A stretch of 64,000 nt of DNA from Octopus sinensis (taxonomy: Eukaryota). Made by a program: the position numbers and the translations under genes. This document shows, piece after piece, positions 1 to 11,783 of the stretch; position 1 is the first letter of the stretch; every line of letters starts with the position of its first letter. The notes under the pieces are model-generated. The model had not been told where the DNA came from. It searched no databases and saw nothing but the letters and a program-made list of their open reading frames with translations. The stretch lies in NCBI RefSeq assembly GCF_006345805.1, contig NC_043006.1, positions 59,582,001 through 59,646,000 on the forward strand. The letters are read 5' to 3'.

Positions 1-1110
1 ACTGACGTACGCTGATGACGTCATCATAATTGTGTCGAACACTAAGGCGTTGGGTGGTAAGCAATATTCCAATGACTACGAAGCAGTGATAGGAACTAGA
101 TAAATTCGAATAAGCCAGTGAGCCGGTATTTTATGAGGAAACCCATGCCGTTAAACAGCATCATGAAGTTCAGAACAGAAGGACATGTTAAACCTTTAGT
201 GGTCTGGTTTGATCTGGATCACCAAGTGGACCGGAACTGGAACTAAGTTATGAGCAGAACTGCTATACTTACCAAGAAATGGGCCGAGAGGAAGCTGTTC
301 TTGAAAAGCCGAGCAGTCATGGTGAATGCCTACATCTCCGTCATATTCTACTGCCTGGTCGTCATGCCCCAGCTTCCACTTAACTAGACTGGAGTATCTA
401 CTGTTCTACCCCCCCCCACAAAAAGCAAGCGTTCCACAGATCAAAATGGCTCGGCATACTGTGATTAGTGATGAGTATACACGCACTGGGGTTACACCAC
501 TTGCAAAGTTTCAGGATGGTGAGAGGATGTCGTCTTTACTTAATATATCTTTCCGCAGCTCGTCTTTTCAGTAGAAATGCAATCTAGGATCAACAAAAGA
601 CCAAGATTGGACACCTTTCATCAGAAATGTTGTCAGATGCTCATCGCTCTCAACCAGTCTGGCAATGTATCACTGCAGATTCCAGGAGTGCTACTGAGAA
701 AGAGCGACGAGTCCTCAATGAAATGCCAGATGTCGACAAAGAGGAATTTGTCGAACTATTCAAAGGAATTTTCAAATAGGGTCTACTAGGGATAACTACC
801 AGAAACCTTAGCTTGCAAACGGTACCGTGTGGCACTACATATTACTGGTCGGGGACAAACTACACAAGCGAGGAAATATCATCAGACAGGACTGTTCAAG
901 ATGTGTGCAGAGCGAGGAAACCGCTCTGCAGGCACTCGTGGAGAATCCAAGCATTTCTGACTTAATGCAATAACTGTTGACTGTCGAACAACTGTTATTG
1001 CATAAAGGACTAATCCATCATGAAGATCGTCCTACCTGGAAAGGCAATCAGTTTTATTTTCTTCTGCCGTTATAGCGAAAATGGTTACATGGTAGACCCC
1101 CGTATGGCAA
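1..1110 (+). mobile_element. Tx1/L1-type LINE ORF2 remnant (RT to C-terminal Cys/His region), degraded; runs off the window start
   Basis: Frame +2 from base 2 reads LTYADDVIIIVSN (YADD at 8-19), followed by KKWAERKLFLKSRAVMVNAYI and CSRCVQSEETAL at ~895-930. Stops and frameshifts throughout. Confidence 0.8.
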
Positions 1111-1499
1111 CTATAAAAAATCGTTTATTTTTCATTCCTGCGCCGTAGATAAAATAGGGTGCCAATCAACTACTGGGACCGCAGTAGATAAAATAAGGTA
1201 CCAGCTAACTAATATAATCGGCTCGGATGATTCCCACGAAATTTTTGGTTCTTATCCGTTTTATTCCAGCGGTATCGGATTAGCACCAACTCCTAAAATT
1301 TACTAGTCTTATATCTAAATCAGAAACATGGAGGTGGCCAGGCAGAATCGTGAGAGTGTCAGACTAATCTCGCGATATTTCATCCGGCTGTTTATGTTCT
1401 AAGTTCAAATCCTACCATGGCCAACTTCGCCTTTCTTTCTTCTGTCGATGGTATCTATTTACCCTTTCCACTCAAATGTTTTTGTGCTTGTGCCTAAAT

Positions 1500-1735
1500 G
1501 CGAAATCATGCCCGAGTATTACTGATTTGAAAATTTACATTGAACAGCTATTATCATGTGAAGAACGAATCCAGCTATCAGCCAAGTCCATCATGAAGAT
1601 CGTCCCACCACACGCCTGCTGTAAGGTGGGGCAGGCGGTATTCCTCTGTCTTGTAGCTATGGTGAAAGTGGTGAACGGGTTAAGAAAACTTGCATCAGTT
1701 TTTTTGGTAACTTCGTATTAAGATAAGAAGAGCAT
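1500..1735 (+). mobile_element. Tx1-type LINE ORF2 C-terminal fragment (second copy)
   Basis: CPSITDLKIYIEQLLS..IQLSAKSIMKIVPP..VFLCLVAMVK parallels 950-1090 and 2780-2910. Confidence 0.7.
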
Positions 1736-1740
1736 GCTCT

Positions 1741-2112
1741 TGCAGATGAGACTCAGAATTTTCTTCAGGTTGAATGGGCCAACCCGCGCAAAAGATCCCT
1801 GAATACGAGTTGTTTAAGGATGATGAACGAAACACCCGTTTCCAGAGTTGAATTATTCAAATTCCCAAAAATCCATCTCAAAACATGGCTGTGTTGTTCT
1901 CCCACTTTTTCTGCTTGTGATCAGAGATGCACACATCGTCAGCTACTAAGGAACATGCTCAACTGGTTAAGGTCAAGTAACTGACGAGCAAATCTGTGGT
2001 ATTAAGTAGAATATTTGCTGTAGTTTATTTTTTACACCACAATAAAATATGTACGTTAACACTTCCAATGAGATAAGATCAGAAGCCATGAAAGCCATTA
2101 CCTGTTATTGCA
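1741..2112 (-). mobile_element. ~470-bp TAA-tailed retroposon, 3'-truncated copy
   Basis: Homologous to 3800-4292 (-) and 59388-59812 (+). Its 5' end abuts a (TTG)n array at 2120-2163. Confidence 0.75.
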
Positions 2113-2169
2113 TCAGGTAGTTTGTTGTTGTTGTTGTTGTTGTTGATATGGTTGTTGTTGTTGAAGTCC

Positions 2170-3400
2170 CAAAAGCCCTTGGTTGGACCTGGGTGACGGA
2201 GGAGCAGCATGGCAATATATCTAGAATTCGGTTTGTGATGGACAGCAGCAGCGGCTGTGTGCACTCCAATCACAAACAGATGATGAGCGCAGTATTTCAA
2301 TAGCACTTCACTGAACTGTTTTCGTAGAGCAGTACACTTAAGACAGCAGACTTTGAGGCCTACCCCGATGGTTTTTGCGGCGTGTATCGAACAGAGAGAT
2401 TGAGTATCTGTACTGGTTGAGGTCGTCTCACTTTGTAGTGGCTGTGTCATACCACTAGTCCCGTGGGAGGGGTGTACCATTTCCACTACAACATTAGGTA
2501 TGAGCGATGATTACATCTGTGATCGACTCTAGGCATCGACGAAAACAGTTTGAGTGGTCTCTTCCGGAGTACTTTTGGATCAAAGACCATGGACGACTTC
2601 CAACTCTCTTTGACTTAGCTTAGCAGTGCTACAGAGGAACTTTGGTTGCTCGATTCAAGCTCTTCAGGCATAGAAGCGCTAAGAGATGAATCTGCCCGAG
2701 ATGCATGTAAAGGGGATGAAACCGTCTTGCACGCAACCGTTCAGTGTTCGTGTATTAGCGACACGTGGACCTGTGTTGAGCAGCTGCTGTTTCGTGTAAG
2801 ATGAATCCAGCTGTCCACCGAATATATAGTGAAGATCGACGCACCACATTCCTGTGGCAGGGAAGGAAGACAGGTTTTTTCTCTGCTTAGTGACAGTAGC
2901 GAAAGAGGTACGGTGGACCAGTCCGAAAGGCAGGTACTTTCCTCTCAGGCCTAGCTCTCATCAACTTCTTTAAATATCACTTGAAGAGGAAGGTGAGGGT
3001 GAAGGAGGTGTTGCCTTCTAGCCTGTTTAGGTGAATGAGAGTGGATCTACTCTGAGAATGATTTTCTATGTAGGAAGAAAGAAACTAAAAATGGCACTGT
3101 CCATACCTCGGAGAGAGGAAAGTAATTCAGACCTTTTTATGTGATGTCTTCCACGAATTACCCTAGGTGGACGCGCCCGTAATTGAGGGTTTTTATTTAT
3201 TTATTAATTGTATTTATTTGTTAGTTTTAGTTATTTATTACTGTCCTGAATTCTATTTTTATGTATCAATTTTTATATATCCTTTTGTTATATCCTTATT
3301 GTTGTAGTGTCTCCCTTTGATCGATATAAACTCCACCTGTTTATGTCTTTCCTTTGGGGTTGTTCTCACTATCATGGGCTCTAATGGCCATAAAAAAGAA
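2170..3400 (+). mobile_element. Tx1-type LINE 3' portion (third copy) with 3' UTR
   Basis: TFGSKTMDDFQ..QCYRG..CPRC..GDETVLHATVQC zinc-knuckle region at ~2570-2750, then a T-rich UTR ending in an A-rich tail at ~3392-3400. Confidence 0.75.
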
Positions 3401-3533
3401 CATTATTATTGTTGCTGTGGTTGTTATTTCTATTATTGTTGCCTCTACTACTTTTATTAGCTGAAATGTTTCCTATCGAATCGTACCCATTTACTGTCAA
3501 AGGCGCACAATCTTAATTGTATATTCATTATCA

Positions 3534-3740
3534 AAGCGGCGAGCTGGCAGAATCGTTAGCACGCCGGGCAAAATGCTTAGCGGCATTTCGTCCGTCTTTA
3601 CGTACTGAGTTCAAATTCTGTCGAGGTCGACTTTGCCTTTCATCTTTTCAAGGTCGATAAAATAAATACCAGTTACGCACTAGGGTCGATGTAATCGACT
3701 ACTCCCCTCCCCAAAGCTGCCCTTGTGGAAAAAATTTGAA
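3534..3740 (+). mobile_element. tRNA-like SINE family B (aaggcggcgagctggcagaa head)
   Basis: Shares the head and the gtcgactttgcctttcatc..ttcggggtcgataaa domain with 17540-17745, 22111-22341, 45725-45850 and 46370-46998. Confidence 0.8.
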
Positions 3741-3799
3741 ATATTGATAATAATATTATTATCATCATCATCACCATCATCATCATCATTATTATTATT

Positions 3800-4292
3800 A
3801 TTATTGAATGAGAGAACAGTGCATGCCATCAAAGCCATCATGACTATCTGTCTGATATGGGTACACCAGACACATGCCTCACAACCATATGTGCGCGAAT
3901 TATCAAGATAAACAGCACATGACCATGCAGATGGGGCCCAGTTAGAATTTTCTTCCGGTCAAGTAGTCCATCCCGCTCAAAAGGTTCCTGAATAAGGGTT
4001 GTTTAGGGATGTTGAATGAAACACCCATGTTTCCAAGGGTGAATTATCCAAACCCCAAAGAATGCCTTTCAACACATGACTATGATGTTCCCCCACTACT
4101 TCTGCTCGTGATCAGAGATGCACATATCGTCAGCCACTAAGGGACGTGCTCAACTGGTTATGGTCAAACAAAAATCTGTAATATTCAGCAGAATATTGGC
4201 TGTGGCCCATCTTTTATGCCAAGACAAAACATGTACATTATAACACTTCCACTCATTTAAGACCAGAAGCCATGAGGGTCACTGCCTGATAC
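3800..4292 (-). mobile_element. ~470-bp TAA-tailed retroposon, near full length
   Basis: Minus-strand end ..cactgttctctcattc followed by (AAT)n. The 5' end sits in the (GAT)n array 4290-4405. Homologous copies occur elsewhere in the window. Confidence 0.8.
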
Positions 4293-4299
4293 TGCATCG

Positions 4300-4345
<46 letters not shown>

Positions 4346-4404
4346 TATTATCATCATCATCATCATCCTCATCATCCTCATCATCATCATCATTATTGTT
4401 ATTG

Positions 4405-5200
4405 ATGGAAAGTGTCAGCTGTCCACAGTCAGCAGACGAATGTGACACTTGTTTACTGGACATACTTCAAGATACCTGAGAAGAATTCTTGCTGTTCCAG
4501 TCAATTTTGATTTTTGTAGGTGTTCTACCTTCACATTTGCACCAATCTTTTTTCAGCCATGCTGGTAGTTGAGCACTGATACTTCCAAGTGCACCAATCA
4601 CTATTGGTATCACGTCTACTCACTTCATTGACCACAACCTTCGTATTTCCCACTTCAAATCGTCGTAGTCGTTCAGTTTTTCTTCTTTTTCTTTCATCTT
4701 ATCACCGGGGCAAGCTATGTCGATTATCGTGCAAGTTCTTTCCTTTTTATTCACCACAACAACGTCCGGCTTTCGATGTCTGCTCAGGTGATCGCACTGA
4801 ATCATTGCATCCCACAGAATTTCACAATCTTCGTTCTCGTTGAATCCTTCTGTGGTTTGGTCATACTACGTCTTTGCTCTTTGTAGGCCGAGATTTCCAC
4901 AGAGCTTTCAATGAAACATTCTTGTCATATTGTCATTCGTCTTTCGTTATTGTATTGAACCAATTTCGGGCATTCGCTGACGATGTGCGATACCGTTCCA
5001 CGCTTCTCACTACACATTCTGCATTTGCCGGTCTCGGTAGTATTGTCTGTTTTGCACTTCACTTAGTCCTTAATGCTTGTTCTTGTGCTGCGCATGTAAG
5101 TGCTTCTGTCTCTATCTGCAGTTCACTCCTCCTCATCCATAGCCACTGGTTTTCTGTATCTGACTTCGCGTTGACCTCTTTTGCAAACTAACCGCAGATT
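4405..5200 (-). mobile_element. R4/Dong-like RLE non-LTR retrotransposon, 3' end
   Basis: Minus-strand frames read ETEALTCAAQEQALRT, CRMC..TVSHIVSEC (CCHC), ILWDAMIQCD..RKPDVVVV..CTIIDIACP..EK (PD-D/ExK) and TGTARIL, ending in AAT/GAT repeats. Confidence 0.85.
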
Positions 5201-5479
5201 TTTTCCCTTCCCTGCATTTTCTTTTTTTTTCTTTGTTCATTGATGATGCCGGCCTTCTTAATGTTTCAACAGTGGCTCCTTTCTAAGAAATCTAGAGTTT
5301 TATACATATATATTCGCCACCACGCTGGGATTTTGGCGAGCTTATCTGCCTCATTCCTCTTCGTTTCCCTCCCCCCTCTCTCTTCCTCCTCTCAGTGCTG
5401 CTGAAATCATTCACACGCTGACATCGTCATTTAACAGGTCCCCCCACCAAAATAATGTGTAAAGTTTTTGTAGTACTTT

Positions 5480-5521
5480 CTAGTTATATGTATATATATA
5501 TGTCTGTGTGTTTATTTACGA

Positions 5522-5580
<59 letters not shown>

Positions 5581-5592
5581 ATTATATATATA

Positions 5593-5666
<74 letters not shown>

Positions 5667-5922
5667 ATATGTATATATATATATTTCTAAATTCATATCT
5701 GCATATATATTTATATATATATATATTATATATATATATATATATATATTTCTAAATTCATATCTACATATATATATTTATATATATGAATATATATGTA
5801 TATATATGTATATATACATATATAGATATATAAATGTATATATAAATATATATATGTATATACACACACATATATATATATACATGTATATATTTATATA
5901 CATGTATATTTGTATGTATGTG

Positions 5923-5957
<35 letters not shown>

Positions 5958-6051
5958 ATATATATATATATATGTTATATATATATATTATACATGTGTA
6001 TATGTATATATATACATATGTACAACATATGTATATATATATATATGTATG

Positions 6052-6082
<31 letters not shown>

Positions 6083-6091
6083 TCATATATG

Positions 6092-6129
<38 letters not shown>

Positions 6130-6190
6130 AAGAGATTTATGTATATATACATGTATATATATGTGTGTGTGTGTGTGTATATATATATGT
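5480..6190. repeat. Long compound (AT)n/(AG)n/(GT)n microsatellite. Similar tracts at 6445-6780, 10190-10350, 23250-23570, 29880-30350, 38220-38450, 40180-40640, 49690-49930, 50920-51345, 55640-55720
   Basis: Directly visible dinucleotide/tetranucleotide runs. They generate the [16 protein letters not shown] pseudo-ORFs. Confidence 0.95.
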
Positions 6191-6441
6191 ATGTGTGTGT
6201 GTGTCTGTCTGTTTTGTACCCCCACCATCGCTTGGCAGCCTATGTTGCTGTGTTTACCTCTCTGAAACTTAGCAGTTTGGCAAAACAAGCCGATAGAAGA
6301 AGTACTTACAAAGAATAAACAATGCGGTCGATTTCTTCAACTAAAGGTGGTGCCCCAACATGCCTGCGGTTGCATAACCGAAACCATTTAAACAATAAAA
6401 AACTATGCCATTTTAATCCCGAGCAATGCCGGGTATCTCTG

Positions 6442-6489
<48 letters not shown>

Positions 6490-6604
6490 CTGGGAGACTT
6501 TTCTTATAGTAGAGGAAATAGCTAAGATTTTTGGCTGCTATTTCTAAAAGTTCGGTGTGTGGTAAAGTAAATTATTTTACTGAACCCTAATTATATAACG
6601 TAAT

Positions 6605-6666
<62 letters not shown>

Positions 6667-6695
6667 GCGTACACATATGCATTTATATTTATAAT

Positions 6696-6773
<78 letters not shown>

Positions 6774-6983
6774 TTATAGCTAGGGATATATATGCGTGTG
6801 TGAAAGAGATAGAGAGGGAGAGAGAGCATCAGTGTAATTGTGTCAGTGATGTATTTACATTCGATGTGAGAGGAAATATTTTGTGATGATGTAACAATGA
6901 CTGTTGCATAATAAACCTGCCGATAATCTTCAAGTGCACTACCTTCAGCAGCAGAGTTCCATTATATAACAATAAGCTGCTGC

Positions 6984-7014
<31 letters not shown>

Positions 7015-7570
7015 GTTACTACTACGACAGAATCACTTGAGATGCACTACTACCGTTACAATTGCCTCACTGGTGATGCTCAACTACTATGGCGGCGTTG
7101 AATGAACTCTTCTTGCACGCTGCACGTTTATTACTGCACCAAATGTTCTGCTACATCATCTCCGTTCTTCCTCTCATATTACAACCCTATTGCTGCACAG
7201 TGATAATTTTTCACAAGTACTGCATTTCTGCTGCACTACTGTTGATGCGTTTCTAATGATGCAGTGCCAATACTGTACTATATTCCACTGCAATACTACT
7301 GCTGCACACTTTTACTGTTCCCTTCTGCATCAGTATGATAGCATTACTTATAAATGTGCATGGCTGTTGTTTTTATTGCTATTGTTGTTGCCGTAGTGGT
7401 CGTGGCTGTCATCATATTGGTGGCGACACCGCGTGATAATTTTGCAGCTTTGATAAAATATACTTAACTCTATCCTTGGTATTCGAGTACTATTTTCCCA
7501 ACTCATTTTGCCCTTATGTGCTCACCTGTATGTGTGTGCGTGTGTGTGTGTGTATGTGTGTGTGTGTGTA

Positions 7571-8654
7571 TCTACTACATATGTGGAAAATGGGTGTGTG
7601 TTTGTTTGTGACGTTGTTAGCTAACTCCTCCTACATCGTTCTATTGATTTTGATGAAACTTGACACGTGAGTAGAACTCGTGTCTGGAAACCTCGTGACA
7701 TACATAGATTATTGAAAAAATCAATAATACGTCCCCTGGAAGGGACCGTTATATCTACCTCATAACTAATTTTTTTAAACACTAAAGGGAGATAACTCAT
7801 AGCACTTGTACAATATTTTTTAAACACTCAAGAGAAATAACCCATTTCATTGTCTATATTCGATTACTTTGAATATTGATTTTTTTGTGTGTGTCCTATT
7901 TCTAATATTTGTAGACAATATCACTTTTATACTTTATTTAACTCCTCAGTAGAACTCAAGTCTGGAAACCTCGTGACATACTTAGACTGTTGAAAAAACT
8001 CCATAATAAGGACCTTCCAATGGATCCGTCTATCTACTACATATTACTAATATTTTATTTAAACAACCTAAGGGAAATAACCCATACCACCTGCAGATTT
8101 TAGCGAAGCGAACAGCATTTGATTCTCACGATCAGCATTTCACTACTCATTCATACATTTCTATACATACATACTTTTTTGAATGACCATTACTGCGATA
8201 ATTTTGCATTTTTACAGTTACACTTTTTCCATGACAGTAGATAATTTTTTTATTCCACAACGTATTTGTAGTGGCTTCATGCAGACATAGCGTGGATTTG
8301 ATTCTCGATTGCCAAATTTCACTTAACACTTCAACAATGCTTTTTTCACGGTAAAACAATAATTTTTCTGTGAATAACAACAGTTATACATTTCCCAGAT
8401 GCCTTCGCTAAGCAGAATAATGAATTTGCCTCTCGCCAACCTCCTACAACCTCTCTCACCAACCTCCGACAATCTTTCTCGCCAACCTCCGAAAACATTT
8501 CTGGCCAACATCCAACAATCTCTCTTTCCTCCAGCTGACAGATTTTTGTACTTTTTCGTGACGGAAAATACACCTTTTGCTTTCTTATATCAGAGTAATA
8601 AGACGTTTCAATAGAACACCTTTACCCCCGGGAATTACGGGGTGCACCAGCTAG
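7571..8654 (+). mobile_element. Complete non-autonomous Helitron (1084 bp)
   Basis: A|TCTACTAC 5' end at 7570/7571. 3' hairpin CCCCG-ggaatta-CGGGG (8626-8642) lies 8 nt before CTAG|T (8651-8655). AT target, no TSD. The 5' region has gtttgtttgt and gattttgatgaaactt motifs typical of insect Helitron-derived short elements (from recall). Confidence 0.8.
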
Positions 8655-8759
8655 TTTACCAATATGCATGTGTATATACGTATATACATACATGCATATA
8701 TATATGTGTGTGTGTGTGTGTATGTATGCATGTTTGTTTGTATATATGTATATGCACAT

Positions 8760-9360
8760 GCATATTGGTAAACGTTGCGGATTTGTAATTGGCGGTCCTG
8801 TTCATGGGGTTGGTTGGTGACAGTGACCTTGGTGCAGGTGGTACTAAGGTGGTATATCTGGGTTGTCGGCAGTCGGAGGCTTGAAATTTTCCAGAAAGGC
8901 ATAACTCTACTGACAGTAATAAGATAAATCGTATTTCTTGTTGACGGATGCCGTGGGTTGTTGGAGGATATTCAGTTTTTCGCGAAGGCAGTGCAGGCTG
9001 TTGGGAGTGCCTGGTGAATATGGTGGCGCTCTGTCGACAATAGTCCCCGTGATCCTGGGTGTTTCGTCTCGATGGTCTACAGAGTGTTGGATCTGAACGA
9101 GTGCATATGCTGGGAGTATCTTCCCTTGAAGTCATTAGCTGTCATATCCGTATAGTGTCTAGAAAAACCATCGGATGATGTAAGGGTGGCTCTGTATACT
9201 ATGGCCCTTAAGAGCAGGACCCTTCTAGAGGGCACATGGTGGTGTTTCGGAAGTTGCAGGTTAGAGAGGGGCGGTGCGAGTGCATTTTTACGTCTGTTGA
9301 TTCGTGCGATGTTATATGCGATTCTGTCTGAGCAGGAGTAACTCACTTTAACATTATGGG
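8760..9360 (-). mobile_element. Penelope-like element, GIY-YIG endonuclease remnant
   Basis: Frameshifted CPLEGSC..IVYRAT..HYTDMTANDFKGRYSQHMHSF, then IVDRAPPYSPG..LHCLREKLNIL..NKKYDL. Confidence 0.8.
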
Positions 9361-9640
9361 GGGTTGAAGAGCTTGTGGCCTCTGGGGAAGTGTTTCTTAA
9401 TTAACGACAGGAAATGATAAGAAGTGTATTAGGCCATAAATGGCAGAGAAATAGTTCTGCGTTATTTTGAAGGATTTTTTTTTTGTCTTTTGCATTAATT
9501 CAGACATGAAAGTAATTTATTTATAATACTGTATGCTGGTTGCCGGCAAAATTTTCTGTTCTTTGTATATACTGTTCAGTATGTACGTGTTGAAAAATGT
9601 ATCTTTCTTCTTCTATAATAATACAATTTTTTTCATTCTT

Positions 9641-9801
9641 TTACTTGTTTCAGTCATTTGAGTGCGGCCTTTTAGTCGAATAAATCGACCCCAGTACTTA
9701 TTCTAACAATATATTTTGCCGTACCGCTAGTTACGGGGATTGTGGGGGTGACAAATACAGACACACACAACTACACACATACCCATACATACATACATAC
9801 A

Positions 9802-9837
<36 letters not shown>

Positions 9838-9844
9838 TATAATA

Positions 9845-9878
<34 letters not shown>

Positions 9879-10040
9879 CGACGGGCTTCCTTCAGTTTCC
9901 GCCCACCAAATCCACTCACAAGGCTTTGGTCGGACCAAGGCTATGGTAGAAAACATTCGGCTAAGGTGCGACACAGTGGGACTGAACTAGTAACCATGAG
10001 GTTGGGAAGCAAGCTTCTTAACTACGCAGAGATGCTGCGA
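9641..10040 (-). mobile_element. SINE family C (CORE-like cttgggcaagtgtcttct domain, internal microsatellite)
   Basis: Reverse complement of the family seen at 33135-33480, 37068-37510, 52071-52497 and 54515-54840. Confidence 0.8.
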
Positions 10041-10267
10041 TTTACATGTTTTAAGTTACGAAACAATTTGTCGTGATGTTAGAATTTTCATATTGTTTAA
10101 TAAAATTTCATCAAATTGTTTCTGCCATCTATGACAAACGTAGACATGCATACATGCGCAATGATATACTAGTATACTGCCCTGATTACAAGCACATATA
10201 TTCATACATAAAAATATATACATAATACATACACATAAATGTGTATGTATGTATATACATATATATG

Positions 10268-10309
<42 letters not shown>

Positions 10310-10479
10310 TATATATATATATATATAGTGTGTGTGTTGTGTGTGTGTGTATAAACATAACACACACACACGCACACATTTTTGCAAATACAAACACACG
10401 TATATATAAATGTATACAGACGCAGACACAGGCGAACGAGTATGCATATAAACTTTTCCATACCCTTATACAGGTATAT

Positions 10480-10870
10480 ACAAACAAATACATCTGTTTC
10501 TTGTTTACATACCCGTCTTCGTCTTTTGTTTTTTGGGTTTTTTTTTTTGTAAATTCCCACTATATACAAATTCACATACTTACAAATACACGCACGCAAA
10601 TATATTGTACACACACACACACACCACATACACACCGCGCACACGCACACTCATACATATATATAGATACATATACATACGGACATGCATAAATAAATGA
10701 ACATCGTTAGCCACTACACACATTTTTTCTCTCCTTGTTTTTTTCTGTGTCCCTTTCTGTAGAAGAGCGTAGGCTCGAAACGTAAAAGATGAGCGTTATA
10801 CTAATACATCTGTTTGTTTTGTACATCACCTGTCTTCGTCTTTTGGTTTTTTTTTTTTCGTAAATCTCCC
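10480..10870 (+). mobile_element. Penelope pseudo-LTR-like repeat with degenerate hammerhead motif (10753-10788)
   Basis: An ~80-bp direct repeat (10490-10565 / 10800-10872) brackets CTTT-CTGTAGA-A-GAGC-gtag-GCTC-GAAACGTA-AAAG. Confidence 0.55.
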
Positions 10871-11103
10871 TATATATATATATATATATAATATCCTCCT
10901 TCATAGGATATTACAAATATGATTTACAATATCCATGGATTCTAAGGAGAATATTAAAACATGTGTTTGTTACTTCAGGCAAAACCTGCATTGGTGTTCT
11001 GATTGTATCGAATGTTTAACTGAGGACATTAACCAATTTTACCAATCAAAAGGTTCTGTGGGGTTTATGGGTGGTTTCGTATGACTATTATGATTTATAT
11101 ATA

Positions 11104-11167
<64 letters not shown>

Positions 11168-11492
11168 AATGGGAGGTGGATGTATGTAGCGCTTTACTTT
11201 GTATTTAGATGTGTGCAAATGGGCGGTAGGGGAAGGAAGAAGAAGAGAGAAGAAATGGAGAAGAAAAAGAAAACGGTCGTTAAGTTTCTTTGTCTTGATT
11301 TCAGTGTATATGCGCTGGGGGAGGGGCTTTGAGCGTTTGATTTAACCTCGAACTCGGTAGGGTGCCGCATTAATGATTTTACAATCTGTAAAGGAGGGAG
11401 GAGCAAATTTTTGCTTAGATGATACCTTTGCCTGAAGAAACGAACACCAAACACAGGATTCATATTAACACACACTACATATATATAATATA

Positions 11493-11536
<44 letters not shown>

Positions 11537-11620
11537 TATATCGTAAACATAATTTAAGTGTATATCAACTTTATATTAATCTGGTGGGTTACTCTACACT
11601 TTAGAGAGTACAAATTTAAT

Positions 11621-11741
11621 ATTCTTAAACAAGAATATTACTAGCAGTGACTCCAGCTATTTCAGCCAGCTAGTCATCGTTGACGATGGCTTAGCTGCCG
11701 GAACTTCGAAGTCACTGCTAACATCATTCTTGTTTAAGAAT
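11621..11741. repeat. Degraded 121-bp palindromic (foldback) element
   Basis: attcttaaacaagaat/attcttgtttaagaat (16 bp), tagcagtgact/agtcactgcta (11 bp), cagcta/tagctg and a central gtcatcgt-tg-acgatggc. Confidence 0.8.

Positions 11742-11781
<40 letters not shown>

Positions 11782-11783
<2 letters not shown>

Noticed and set aside
326-789. Adjacent ORFs of 82 and 70 aa as host genes
   Set aside because: Frameshifted pieces of the Tx1 LINE ORF2.
5455-6288. Long [16 protein letters not shown] ORFs here and throughout the track
   Set aside because: Translations of (AT)n, (GT)n, (ATAC)n and (AG)n microsatellites, open in many frames.
8428-8520. CRISPR-like repeat array (also 56560-56870)
   Set aside because: Head-to-tail degenerate minisatellites without unique spacers, in a eukaryotic context with no cas genes.
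8656-9135. 159-aa ORF as a novel protein
   Set aside because: Off-frame reading of the Penelope GIY-YIG remnant that runs into a microsatellite.
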